DNA from: Chiloscyllium plagiosum
Taxonomy: Eukaryota
Direction of reading: 5' to 3'
Assembly (NCBI RefSeq): GCF_004010195.1
Contig: NC_057718.1
Location: forward strand, 94,088,039-94,152,038
Length of the DNA: 64,000 nucleotides
Below are positions 1-12,030 of this stretch, piece after piece; position 1 is the first letter of the stretch; the number at the start of each line of letters is the position of its first letter. The translations under genes and the position numbers were made by a program. Under the pieces are notes generated by a model. It made no database searches, was not told the DNA's origin, and saw only the letters and a list, made by a program, of their open reading frames with translations.

Positions 1-343
1 CCTTGACAGAAATTGCAAAGAGGAACAAGTAGATGGATTTGGAGCAAAGTCAAGTTTCAAAGGTCATCCCATTTCCCCCATCTCTCTCATTTTCACTACA
101 TTTTCTCAGGTTTTTGTTTGACATTTGGTTGCTCATTCACAAATGTGAATAGTGGAGACTTGTTTGGCCTCAGAGGCAAGACTCCCGACTCAGTTTCACA
201 ATGGTTAAAGCAACAGTTCTGACATGAATGTTACATTATTTCCGAGGCGGGGGGAGCAACAATAATTGAACCACTAAGTCTCAGACTGGGCAACCCCGCT
301 GTAACTGCCCTCTCCCTTTCTATTTCAAAAAAGACATTTGATT

Positions 344-594
344 CATAGAACATAGAACATTACAGCACAGTACAGGCCCTTCGGCCCTCGATGTTGCGCG
401 GACCTGTGGAACCAAGGTGAAGCCCATCTGTGGGAAAAGATCAGCCACCCTGCCTACCTACAGTAGGCCCACACAAAACATAAGAAAGCAAGCTTGGCCA
501 AACCAAACCAGAATCACCCAGAATGCCTCAGCAGTCATATGCCTGTCCAATAACCATTTAAATGCTCTTAAAGTTGGCGAGTCCACCACTATTA
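344..594 (-). mobile_element. CR1-type LINE 3' end fragment
   Basis: CATAGAACATAGAACAT tail followed by CAGTACAGGCCCTTCGGCCC, the reverse complement of a CR1 3' terminal stem and microsatellite. Confidence 0.7.
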
Positions 595-3264
595 CAAAGT
601 ATAATTAAAGCATGTGTCTTAATTAAGTTAATTTTGTTTGAGCAATGCATTTTAATGTTCTTCCAGTAGGTTTTAATAAAAAGGCTGTGCCTAAATGGGG
701 AGAGAGTATTTTCTATTTTGGACAAAATTGGGATCAGAACCAGATTCTTGTCGGTTTAGCCTGACTCACACAATCCAATAATGCCACCATGTGTTTTGAC
801 ACCTTACAGGTCATCACTTCATCAGATTTCAAGCAAACCGGGTGTCTTTCAGTGCAGAAGATGCCATCGGCCTAAATCTTGTGGCGGTTTTGCTTTTAGG
901 TTGAAGAGTGCAATTCCAAACCACAAAGAGTTAAATCCTCCTCGGCAGTGAGCTAAAGCAGGCCAGAGGTGAAGGTAGATGCTGCAAGAGCACATGCAGT
1001 TCAGATCATTGTGATCCAAAGTGATTGCAATCTCAGATAGGGCTGTAGTGCAAACAAAAGTAAAGATAGCCTCATCAGCACGAGCTTTTGTCTTGCATAC
1101 CATAGCCTGCTAACTATACCTTAGTTATCTACCTTGTTGGATAAAGTGCTCCTCTGGGACAGCTTTTTTTTATTTCATTTGGATCTTTATACATTAAAAA
1201 AACACAACTAAACAGTAATCTTCCCATTTAGACAAATTCAATTGAGCACTGTCTGACAAACTGAATTATGCGTGGCAATGCTTTCAATTGATAAATGGTT
1301 GAAAATACCACCCCAGCAATGAAAACAGTTTGGAGTGCTGAGTGAAATGTCTTACAGTAAACGTATTAAGAGAACTAAAGGGGAAAGTACGAGGCCTTGC
1401 TCACTGCAGCTTGGCAGCTGTGCTCTTATCGGGCCAGAGGAAGATGCTTGACAACAAAAGGGTCTAAAAAGCCCTGTTGATGCATGGGAAAGCCATTGGT
1501 CGAGCATTGTAGCTGCCCTTCTGCTGAGCAAATAGTTCAAACTGTTCATTCCTATCTTCTATTCTCTCCCCGGTACATTGTTTGTGTCCTTGCATTTCAT
1601 TCCGCGAGGAAGATTGCTCCCTGGGTCTGTGAGCAAACAGTCCAAAAAAGAGCCAACTATCTTCCCCCCTGTTCCCTGGAGAACTAGCATTTTTATTTCA
1701 GCTTCAAGCTGTCAGAGAGCTGAAGAGTTTATATCAGCATCCTGAATTAATTGCCTTAAGTAGGGACAGACCGCATTTGTCACCAAATGTCCAACAAAGC
1801 GGTTTTCCAGCATTTTTCCACTGATTTCTTTTTCAGCGACACTCTATCTTTTATCTAACCGCCTGCTATCGACGAGAATAGGGCTCTGTTCATTCATTTG
1901 TGACTTGCAATAGATGATTTTTTCTGTCTGTCTGTCTGTCTCTCTGTCTCTCCCTTTTGTCTGCTATCTTGTGTTTCCTGTCTAGGATGAATGAAAGGAA
2001 GTGGCGATAGTCTGGGGAGTGAGAGTCTTGGGGTGGGGGGGGTGCTAAGGTGGGAAGGGGCGGAATGTTTCGGGTTTGGCATGGGAAACCAGGGTAGGGA
2101 GAATGGTACAGAGGGTCTTGTGGGGGGTAGGTTGGGAGTTGGGGGGGTTGCTGTCCATGAGGAAGGTGGGATTCCAGGGTACAAGTATACAGTGGGGCGA
2201 GTGCAAGGGAGGAGGTTGGGAGTCCGGGGGTCGTGGTGTGGCGGGGTTGGAGGGCAGGGTATTCACTTCAGATAAACTGTTTGAAGAAGTTCACAATGAA
2301 GACAAACATTGAGGACAGGCCTCTGAAACAAGAACATCAATAAGAAAAGAAACCACTGTGGAGAATGAACAGTCCAGCAATGAAAAACATCAATGACATA
2401 AACCCATGTGAAATATTGCATTTTGTTAAATAATTCTCTTCTTTGAATTTTGCAGCGTTTTGTTTTCTGTAAATTCTGTGAATAGAAATAAACGCATTGA
2501 ACATATCAATCTAGACAGAAAATTAGTTTAAGCGGTCAATCAGCAAATACAGGCAATGTGCCACCACACGTTACCAACCTCTAGATAGGTTACTTTGAAA
2601 GTGTGTAATGATCATTTCTTTTGTAGCTAAGCTACACGATTCAAATCGTCTTATGCTGAGTTTTATAATGATCATATGCTGACTGATTGAAGCCAATGCA
2701 CGATACCACTCCTTGTCTGTGGAGTTGCATAAAAGACACTTTCATGATTTGAAACCAGGACTGGTTTTCAACTAAAATATCTCCAACCCCACCCCACCCC
2801 CCCAAGCCACCAAAAAAAAAGAACCCAACACCCAGCAGCTGCTCATTTGGTTTTATCCTCAGTGTGTAGCTGTCCCACATTAAAATGCAGCATCCAAACG
2901 GTGCAGATTTGTTTGCCGCGCTGTTATTACAGGGCAAAGATGCCAACCTCCCACTGCCAGCTTTAAACCAGCTGTGAATCAGAGTCATTCGAAGGGAGCA
3001 GAGCAAATAGCCTGCCTCAAAAGCCTTCTGGTTGCCTCCTGCTTCCCACCATAGCCCATCCACTGCTGCCTCGCATAACCCATGACAGACATAAACCCAT
3101 ATCATCTAAGAGGGTGTCTGTGTCACCCTGTAAACAGGGAGTTAACTGTGAGCAGTAAAGCAGTGGCATTCACACTAATGTCACCATTATTCCTCATGGC
3201 CACAGCCCTGCCTTCAGCTTCTGTCACACGGGCAACAGCAGACCTGAAACTCCCAGTAACCCTG

Positions 3265-3468
3265 GATTTGGAGGTGCCAGTGTTGAACTGGGGTGTACAA
3301 AGTTAAAAATCACACAAAACCAGGCTATAACCCAACAGGTTTATTTGGAAGCCCTAGCTTTCAGAGCGCCGCTCCTTCATCAGGTGGATGAAGGAGCAGT
3401 GCTCTGAAAGCTAGGGCTTCCAAATAGACCTGTTGGACTACAACCTGGTGTTGTGTGATTTGTAACTT
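3265..3468. mobile_element. Penelope-type pseudo-LTR mini-element (family B), inverted pair with hammerhead cores
   Basis: Inverted arms; 10-bp TSD AGTAACCCTG at 3255-3264 and 3469-3478; minus-strand CACCTGATGAAGGAGCGGCGCTCTGAAAGCTA. Confidence 0.8.
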
Positions 3469-3949
3469 AGTAACCCTGAAGACCTGCTCTTTAGTCCATG
3501 GATGGGAACCACATTTCTTATCGTGGTCTTTAAGTGAAAGGATGACATTGTTCCTCACTTTCAATGAACAAATTTTTTGTTTCCATTCAAGTGCCACATT
3601 TTATTTCTCATGTTTTACGTTCAAGAGTTAGCACTCACTCAAAGAGTTCAGAGGGCCAATGTCCTACCATGAGCCAGTCTGCAGTTAATCGTTGAACAGG
3701 TTTCTCCTTGGTCTTTCATTGTCCAATTGATGAAACTGGCCAGTCTTTCGATAAAGGTACATGTTGGGTTAAAACCTTGTTGCACATTTCCCAGGATAAC
3801 TAGAGAGGTTCATTTTGCTGGGGGTATCCTGGTTTGACACTGGGCAACTCGGTCTCTCAGTAATTTCCTCAAAATCAATCAATGGTCCCAGGTTACTGCA
3901 TTTCCCTTTTTGGACAGCTTTTAAACCTAAGGCAATGGGAACAAAATGG

Positions 3950-4153
3950 CAGGAAAGGATGAGAGCAGCAAATACATAGGAGCACCATCACCTGCAACTT
4001 CCCCTCCAAGCTGCTCACCAACCTGACTTGGAAACGTGTTGCCGTTGTTTCACTGAAACTGCGTTAGAACTGTGAAACTCCTTCCCTAAGGGCATTATGG
4101 GTCTACATAGTACATGGACTGCAGAGATCCAAGAAGGCAGCTCACCACCACCT
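3950..4153 (+). mobile_element. 3' region of an old CR1/L2-group LINE (left part; continues at 4566-4628)
   Basis: CACCTGCAACTTCCCCTCCAAG...AAGAAGGCAGCTCACCACCACCTT matches the uninterrupted copy at 10462-10665; resumes as GATGGGCAATA...ATGAGTGAAT at 4566. Confidence 0.75.
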
Positions 4154-4463
4154 TTCGATTCGATTACTTACAGTATGGAAACAGGCTCTTCGGCCCAACA
4201 AGTCCACACCGACCCTCTGAAGAGCAACCCACCCAGACCCATTCCCCAAATTTACCCCTTCACCTAACACCATGGGCAATTTAGCATGGCCAATTCACCT
4301 AAACTGCACATTTTTGGACTGTGGGAGGAAACTGGAGCACCGGGAGGAAACCCACGCAGACACAGGGAGAATGTGCAAACTCCACACAGACAGTTGCCCG
4401 AGGTGGGAAATGAACACGGGTCTCTGGCGCTGTGAGGCAGCAGTGCTAACTACTGTGCCGCCC
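4154..4463 (-). mobile_element. HE1 SINE (V-SINE), near full length
   Basis: tRNA-like head GGCACAGTAGTTAGCACTGCTGCCTCACAG, central TGTGTGGAGTTTGCACATTCTCCC, CR1-like tail. Confidence 0.9.
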
Positions 4464-4491
4464 ATGGTAGGAATGAGAACACCAAGTAATC

Positions 4492-4565
4492 CGTCCTTGG
4501 GTGGTTTTGAACTACCAACCTTTTGGTTAACAGCCGAACGTGCTAACCAATTGCGCCACAGAGAC
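4492..4565 (-). pseudogene. tRNA-Asn(GTT)-derived copy, probably a pseudogene
   Basis: Minus strand GTCTCTGTGGCGCAATTGGTTAGCACGTTCGGCTGTTAACCAAAAGGTTGGTAGTTCAAAACCACCCAAGGACG; 74 nt; about 8 differences from the vertebrate tRNA-Asn as I recall it, several in stems and the B box. Confidence 0.9.
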
Positions 4566-4701
4566 GATGGGCAATACATGCAGGGTTAGCCAGTGTGCCA
4601 ACATCCCATGAGTGAATTAAAGAAAAACAAGGAGGCAGGAAAATACAAACACAATCAGAATGTTTGGAATGTTTTCAAGAAGCTGTTAGATAACGGTCTA
4701 C

Positions 4702-4773
4702 CTGACCTGCTGCGCTTCTCCAGCAACACATTTCCATCTCTGATCTCCAGCATCTGCAGACCTCATTTTCTCT
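4702..4773 (+). mobile_element. Penelope-type family A terminal fragment between 66-bp direct repeats
   Basis: CTGACCTGCTGCGCTTCTCCAGCAACAC...CCAGCATCTGCAGACCTCATTTTCTC; identical flanks at 4636-4701 and 4774-4839. Confidence 0.8.
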
Positions 4774-4809
4774 CAGGAAAATACAAACACAATCAGAATG
4801 TTTGGAATG

Positions 4810-4972
4810 TTTTCAAGAAGCTGTTAGATAACGGTCTACGGGGATCGAACAGTGTGGAGCGAAAGTGGGTACAGGGTAGTCGTTGTGATGATCAGCTATG
4901 ATCATAAAATGGTGGAGCAAGCTTGAAAGGCTGAATGGGTGGTTCCAGATCCTATTTTTCTATGGTTTCTAG
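4810..4972 (+). mobile_element. CR1 (second subfamily) 3' tail
   Basis: GATCAGCTATGATCAT...GAAAGGCTGAATGG...CCTATTTTTCTATGGTTTCTA. Confidence 0.6.
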
Positions 4973-5149
4973 GTTTCTGAGAAGGTACAGCAAGAGTGGA
5001 GGGTGGCGATATCCTGGGACGATTGACAGCTAGTTCCAGGGAGGCATGCCCATGGGCTCCTACCCCAGAGGCCCTTGTTATATCTGTCTGGCTCACTGTC
5101 CTGTAGGGTGGTACTGACAAGTCCATGTTTGGTTTGCGATGCAGGTAAT

Positions 5150-5340
5150 GCCAGCTGAATGGGTTCAATACCTGCACCGGCTTTGGTTACCATGAAGGAT
5201 TCTCCTTCTCAACCTTTCCTCTTACCAGAGTCATGGTGACCCTCAGGTTAAACCACCACCAGTCATCTCTCTCTCTCACTTTCTCTCTCTCTCATGAGAA
5301 AGCAGCCCTATGGTATGGTAAGACTGCAGCGTCTTTACTT
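5150..5340 (+). mobile_element. SINE-like repeat fragment
   Basis: B-box-like GGTTCAATACC then GGTTACCATGAAGGATTCTCCTTCTCAACC...GGTGACCCTCAGGTTAAACCACCACCAGTC, recalled as a common shark repeat. Confidence 0.5.
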
Positions 5341-5712
5341 TTTTTACATCGATAAGTGTCATCTAGCAACATGAGCTTGTGGATGATGTGCAGCAGATGG
5401 GGGTGATCCAAGTAAAATGAAGGGCCAGGAACAGCTCAACATGAAACCTGAATGGAGCACAATCACAGAGAGCCTCATATCCTCCTAACATGGCATGCAA
5501 TAATACCAGGGAGCCACCAATATGTCTTGACTTTGGAAAATTTGGCCATGCTAATGCAATGGTGTCAGTGCTGTGCTTTATGAAACAATTCACAGAATTG
5601 TTACTGCATAGAAGAAGGCTATTCATCCCTTCATACCTGTACCGGGCCTATCACCTACTGCTAATCCCCTGTCTTTTCCTCACATTCCTGTGCACCACTC
5701 CTATCCAACTAA

Positions 5713-5788
5713 GTTAAAAATCACATAACACCAGGTTATAGTCCAACAGACTGTCCACCCCAGTCCAATACCGGCACCTCCAAATCTC
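5713..5788. mobile_element. 76-bp Penelope-type mini-element (family B: inverted arm plus tail)
   Basis: 10-bp TSD ATCCAACTAA at 5703-5712 and 5789-5798. Confidence 0.75.
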
Positions 5789-6874
5789 ATCCAACTAACC
5801 ATGCAATGCCCTCTCGAATGTCTGAAGAGAAAAACAAAGCAGCACCACAGAGAGTAACAACAGTTTTGTGGTGCCACGTTCATCGCTCATTTCAGAGCTA
5901 GACTTTTTTTAACAGATAAAATTATTACGACTTCAAGTAGAATATGGGCTCAAACCACTCCAACATCTAAGATCAAAGTTGCAAAGAAATTAGCTCAGGA
6001 CAGCATTAATCCCTTCAAGATGACTTAAACACTTATTGAATGATATCACTACATAGACTTGATCAATTCGGAGAGATTAGATAGGCCAATTAGTGACTAC
6101 ATATAAGAAAGCCACCCGTAAGTCTAAATTCTTAAATGCCATTGTGTAAAGTTTCCACTTGACTTTTCATTGTCCCCCTAACAAAGCCAAGTCTTCGATA
6201 CTATTCGGATTGTCATACAATAGCAGGAGATAAATGCAGAACTTTAAAGCGCTTTAAAAACCTTCCAGATAAAAACAGTCTTGCTTTTGTGCTTTTGTGA
6301 CATTTCCAAAATGAGTTACCTTGTGGAGGGGAAAAAAATGAGGTTAACAGGCAGACACAAGCAACCAGAGTGGTCATTATTCCTCACTGGAAATATTTAT
6401 TCTGTCAAATGAACCGCAGTTAATCAGTAACTATTGAAAGATATCAAACAAATTCACCCAAGTTAAGATTAAAGCAGGCTTTGTCTTTGCATTTTCAATA
6501 GGGAGTTGAGTCAAGCAGCAACTTCAGGGACTGCTGTCCTTTTTTGCAGCAACAACAACAACTTGCATTTGCGTGAAGCCTTTGATGTAGAACAACAACC
6601 CAGCGCACTTAGCAGAGGCAAAATAGCCACTGAGTGAGTTGAAGCAAAAATCTGAAGAGGTAATCAATAGTTTGTTCAAAGTGGTCAGATACGCAAGATC
6701 TGAATGTCAGGAGCATGATGGGTGAGGACAACTCCAGACCAGTCTTGCTTGCACACAGAAGATATTCCAATTTAATACCATTATCTAAATGAAAATATAG
6801 CTCCTCATTTAACCTTAAGAAATCTCCGATTTTGAAATTTCTCAGGCACCTGTGGAAATACACCTTGAAGATTT

Positions 6875-7035
6875 TCTTTTGCTCATTTGTGGGATATGGT
6901 CACTGCTGGCTGGCCCAGTATTTATTGCCTGTCCCTAGCTGCCCTTGAGAAGGTGGTGGTGAGCTGCCTTCCTGAACTGCTGCAGTCCACTAGGTTGACC
7001 ACTATGCCATGAGGGAGGGAATTCCAGAAGCTTTT
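6875..7035 (-). mobile_element. Old LINE 3' tail (same family as 3950-4153)
   Basis: GGCCCAGTATTTATTGCCTGTCCCTAGCTGCCCTTGAGAAGGTGGTGGTGAGCTGCCTT. Confidence 0.75.
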
Positions 7036-7259
7036 ACCCTAATATTGTATGAAGCTTCCCCATCACTCTGCAGTTGCAACACTTCCTGCATTGGAATGGG
7101 TGCCAAGCAGGACCATGACTGGATTTACATCTGCACTGTTTTGGCCAAAACAGGCTTCCTTTAAAAACACATTTTGGAGTTAAAACCTAACCTGTCTATA
7201 GTACTTTGGGGTTCTGATCTATCGGCAAACACACAGCAGTGTTTACATCCACTTGTACA

Positions 7260-7335
7260 GGGAAATGAGGCCTTAGTTTAATGTTTCATTTGAAAAACTG
7301 GCACCTCTGACAGTGCAATGCTCCATCTGTACTCC
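7260..7335 (-). mobile_element. DeuSINE (SacSINE1/AmnSINE1-like) fragment
   Basis: GGCCTTAGTTTAATGTTTCATTTGAAAAACTGGCACCTCTGACAGTGCA resembles the Deu domain. Confidence 0.55.
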
Positions 7336-7339
7336 TTCA

Positions 7340-7830
7340 GTAACACTAGACCACACAAGTTCAAATTTCACCACTGGCAGCTGGGAAATTCAAATTCACT
7401 GAATTGATTAAATTAGTCTGGAGAAAAGTGCTAATATTAATTGTGGTAACCATGTCACTATTCATTGAGGACTCTTGTGGTGCAGTGGTAGTGTCCCCAC
7501 CTCTGAGCCAGGAGGCCCAGGTTGAACTCCCAACTGCTTCAAAGATTTGGAATAGCATCTCCGAACAGGTTGATCAGTAAATATCTGTAACTATTAGATT
7601 GTTGTAAAATCCCATCTAGTCCACTAATGTCCTCGAGGGGAAGACAATCTATCTTTACTACCAACTCTGGCCTATATCTGACTAAAGACCCACAGCAAAT
7701 GTGGTCAACTCTGAACTGCCCCCTGAAATTGCCCAGTAAAGCTACGCACTGCTACCTGTCTCAAGGGCAATTAGGTATATGCAGCCTTGCTGCTGACACC
7801 CAAATTCCCGGAGAGAATGCAAAAAAAAAT
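7340..7830 (+). mobile_element. tRNA-derived SINE with a nested short tRNA-headed SINE at about 7467-7586
   Basis: Body matches 36693-37007 in reverse; the insert starts GAGGACTCTTGTGGTGCAGTGGTAG and resembles 59503-59605 in reverse. Confidence 0.6.
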
Positions 7831-8189
7831 CAGCTTTTCATCCCTGGGTTCAAATCAAGTAAAGTCAGTCAGAAATGCTCTTGGCCTTCAACCGCATTCA
7901 AATGAAATCACAACATTTCCTTATCGGTTTATGTACAGTATTATGCAATCAGCCCTTCATGCATGGGTCAAATGCAGCCAATGGAAGCTGGTTGGATTCT
8001 ATAAGGTTGGCATCCAGGAAAATGGATACGCCTTTTGGATCACTGGTCTTTGAAAATGTGACAAGTCGGTTTTGGTCTTGCCAGTGGCCTTCTGAGGGTC
8101 TCAACCTCGGAGACTGGTGCGCCATCTTAGCTCAAAACCAAGAAAAAAAATATGTCTAGCAGTTAGACACACCATCGTTCCATCATTCT

Positions 8190-8410
8190 CACATTCTGAT
8201 CACTTCATTTGAACTATCAATATCTTTTTTCCAACAGCATTCCCCACTTCACCACACCCTGCAACCCTCCAACTATAGCATAAAGGCTGGCCCCTCCAAT
8301 CTTCACTTCAGTTCAGATGAAGAACCATCTAGACTCAAAACATTAGCCTGTTCTCTCTCCATGGATGCTGCCTGACCCGCTGTGATCTCCAGCATTTGTT
8401 GTTTTCAGTC
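8190..8410 (+). mobile_element. Penelope-type family C pseudo-LTR with decayed hammerhead
   Basis: CAGATGAAGAACCATCTAGACTCAAAACATTA...CTCTCTCCATGGATGCTGCCTGACC. Confidence 0.6.
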
Positions 8411-9445
8411 TTAACTGCAGATATCCACTGGATATATATATTCACACATTCACAATAATTTTTCAATGCCCACATCCCTTCCCCCAAATGCTCCCTCATT
8501 CAGGTCACATGTTTACTTGCCAGCTCCTGACTGGGCATCTGCTGGGTCTTCTGAATTTAGCTGGCGAAAAATATAGCAAATGATTTATCACAGGATTTCC
8601 GAATTTATGCTGGCCTTATGTGAATCACCTGCGTAACACCTCAGAATTGTTATTCTTATTTGGACTGGGGTAAATAAATCCCCCTGTTTACACTCGGGAG
8701 TTTTCAGTAAATTGGCTACAGTATAAATTCACAGGAAATGTTAATGTCCAGCTGTAGCGAAAATGGGGCTTTTGAGGGCTATTAAGGGTTCTAAGCAAAA
8801 TGAGTTTGGACAGTGTCATACATATTCCCCGTGGACAGGTTATGCAGCTGAAAATTTCTCTCAGAGTTGGCACATTTGGCACTAATTTGGCACTCTTCAT
8901 CAGAGTTGGCAAAGGGACGGACCATTCGGGAAGTGGAAATTGCTCCGAGAATTATATAAAGCTTGCTACAATTAGAGACCAAAGGCAATAAATAGTCTAT
9001 GCCCATCAAGGTGCCTGTTGCTACTGATATATTTGCTCCTCTTCCATTTAACTGTTTGGAGTGATCACACCATCATCTCCGGAATGTACCAGCCACAAAC
9101 TGACTATCACAAACTATCTCATCGCTTCCTATTTAAACTATTTACAAAGATACAAAATAGAGGCAGAAGTAGGCCATTCAGCCCTTCCAGATTACTCTGA
9201 CCATAAGAACATAGCATGTAGGAGTAGAAGTAGGCCATTGAGCCCATCAAGTCTGTTTTGCCATTCAATGAGATCATGGCTTATCTGACAATCCTCAAAC
9301 GTTCAATATTATCGTGAATTATCTGTTGCTGTTCCAAATTCAAGAATAAATGCAAACTTGTTGCCCATGCCAGTTCCGCAAGAACGGTTATATCAGATGC
9401 GAAATGATTTTTTTCTAATGCTTTCCTGAAATGTGGGCATTGTTG

Positions 9446-9744
9446 GATAGATTAGATTCCCCACAGTGTGGAAAGAGGCCCTTCAGCCCAACAAGTCCAC
9501 ACCGACCTTCTGAAGAGTAACCCACCCAGAACCATTTCCCTCTGACTGATGCACCTAACACTATGGACAATTTAGCATGGCCAATTCACCTGCCCTCCAC
9601 CTCTTTGGACTGTGGGAGGAAACCGGAACAAACCCATGTAGACACAGGGAGAAGGTGCAAACTCCAAACAGAGAGTCACCCGAGGCTGGAATTGAACCTG
9701 AGACCCTGGTGCTGTGAGGCAGCAGTGCTAAACCACTGAGCCAC
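9446..9744 (-). mobile_element. HE1 SINE inserted into an old LINE tail
   Basis: Full HE1 body; the host tail runs 9410-9445 and resumes at 9745 (ATTTATTGCCCATTCC). Confidence 0.9.
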
Positions 9745-9924
9745 ATTTATTGCCCATTCCAATTGCACTTGAGAAGTTGGTGGTGAGCTGTCATCTTGAA
9801 CTTCTGCCATTCATTAGTTTTAAATAGACCCACAATGTCATCAGGGAGGGAATTCCAAGATTTTGACCAAAAATATGAAGGATTGCTGATATGTTTCCAA
9901 GCCGATTATTCCCGATTTCCCTTG

Positions 9925-10360
9925 CACAACAAGATCCTATCTACCTTCATCTTAAAACAATTCAATTACCCCACCTCCAATATCTTCTGTGAAGGAGAGT
10001 TCCCAGGTTTTACCATCCTCTGAGAAAAAGTTCTACTCATCTCTGACTTTAAAAGGTGATTCCTCATTTTAAAATTACATTAAATTAATTTTAAAATTTA
10101 AAACTCCCCCAGTTCTCGACTTGACCACAAGAGTAATCATCTATTTTGACATCCATTTCGTCAAGAAATTTCAGAATTTTATAAACTTCAAATAAATCAT
10201 CCCTCACTTTTCTAGACTCCTATTTAATCTTTTATTAGATTAGCCAACCCACTAATTCCAGGTATCAATCTAATAAGTCACCTCAGAACCATACTTCTTT
10301 AAATAAGAGGTCTGTGGTCTCCCCAATGCCCTGTATAACCTAAGCATAACATCCTTACTG
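9925..10360 (-). mobile_element. Decayed CR1 3' fragment
   Basis: GGAGAGTTCCCAGGTTTTACCATCCTCTGAGAAAAAG...GTGGTCTCCCCAATGCCCTGTATAA. Confidence 0.6.
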
Positions 10361-10461
10361 CTATGGAAAAATTGAACTACGGATTATGGAAATCAAACAA
10401 ATCAGAAAATGCTGGAGAAATTTATCGCATCTGGCAGCATCTATGGAGAGAGAAACAGAGG

Positions 10462-10665
10462 CTTGGAAATGTATCAGCATTCCTTCGTGTTGTTGGGTCA
10501 AAACCCTGGAATTCCATCCCTGATGGCCTTGTGGATTAACCTAAAACAGATGAACTGCAGCGGTTCAAGAAGGCAGCTCTCCACCATCTTCTCAAGGGCA
10601 ACTAGGAACAAGCAATAAATGCTGGCCCAGCCAGTGATGCCCACATCCGAGGAATGAATTAGAAA
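10462..10665 (+). mobile_element. Old LINE 3' tail inserted within a family C Penelope-type repeat (10388-10461 and 10666-10702)
   Basis: CTTGGAAATGTATC...CAATAAATGCTGGCCCAGCCAGTGATGCCCACATCC...ATGAATTAGAAAAA. Confidence 0.75.
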
Positions 10666-11059
10666 AACACATTTTGAGTCTGATATAACCCTTCTTCGGA
10701 ACTGGCTTAGTCAAAGAGTTTCTGTTAATTCTTGGAAACATTCGCTAAATTTCAAAAGGTTTCTCACAATTTTTTCAGAGATAAGGACAGTCTTGACTGG
10801 ATGAAATTTACAAAAGCAGGCATGAGACTTTGGAAGCCATTTTGTAAAATTATTCGTCCATTTTGAAGACAGATTGACCTTTTTTTAACCAATATATATA
10901 AATTATTATGATACAGTTACAAAAAGAGGAAATGGGAAGGACTACCACAAAACCAATTCTTATCTAGAGCAAAAAATCTTCTTTGCATTGAAGCTCCTTG
11001 CCTCTTCATCCAGAATCTGATGTATTTTTTATCCTATTATAAATCGGCATTAAATGATG

Positions 11060-11182
11060 AAATGCAGAGTTATAGGGATAGGGTAGAGGGTGTTGGTCTG
11101 GGTAGGCTGCTCTTCAGAGAGTTGGTGTGGACTTGATGGGTGGAATGGCCTGCTTCCACACTGTAGGGATTCAATGATTCTG
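11060..11182 (+). mobile_element. HE1 SINE 3' fragment
   Basis: GGTGTGGACTTGATGGGTGGAATGGCCTGCTTCCACACTGTAGGGATTC. Confidence 0.75.
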
Positions 11183-12030
11183 TGAACAGTGTATTATTTC
11201 TGTTCTAATTTCCACAATCGCTTTACATTCTCCTGGATGTTTTATTTAAAATGCCAATTTAAACATTCCACAGTTCTGCTTCCCGATAGGCCCACTTTTA
11301 AATCTGCCTGAGTACATACAACATTAATTGGGTGATTTTGAATTTATTGAACCAATAAGGAGTTAAAGCCATCCCACAGTTATTATCTAAGAGTTATGAT
11401 GTTCAGATTCTGAGTGCGATGCAGTACAGTATATTCCTACATGGCAAAAAACAATAAATACTGGATTTGATCATTCACTGCCTCGATTTTGATGAACCAT
11501 GTGACTTTAATATTTATGATCTTTCTACTTGGCTCACAAAATGAACAAATGGTCCATATGCATCTCTGGCCTCACCATGGGTGCCGTGGTAACCAGGCTC
11601 CAGCAGATTGGACAACTGTTATCCAGCATTTGGTGTTAATTTTCGCTTCAGATTCATGTTGGAATGCACTTTATTTCACTGGATTGTCACTTTCCGGCCC
11701 AGATTAGTGTGTGAATTCCAATTTTCCAACTGCAATCATTAAAATCTTCGTTGCATTTTCTTTGAGTGCTCATTTTCAACACCCAGACACACCCTCGAAA
11801 TAAAGAATGATGGTGTCTCTTAATATGGAGATCACCAGAAGTGCTTTATTGAGCAAACGAATGGTGCCTCTAATGCAAATGGAAATGTAAGAAATTATTT
11901 CAATTGTCTGACACAACAACATGACTTATATTTGTGTCGCACCCTTAATGTAAACAAACATCCCAAGGTACTTAAAATAAATCTGACACCGAGTCACTGA
12001 AGGAACTAATGAGCTGAATCGTCTTATATT

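Noticed and set aside
1991..2275. Gly-rich and Pro-rich ORFs on the two strands
   Set aside because: G-rich low-complexity tract with no domain or splice support
4492..4565. Functional tRNA-Asn gene
   Set aside because: Substitutions in the T arm/B box and other stems, no T-run terminator, and embedded in a retroposon
5380..5540. Possible Harbinger transposase remnant
   Set aside because: Similarity too weak to support by eye
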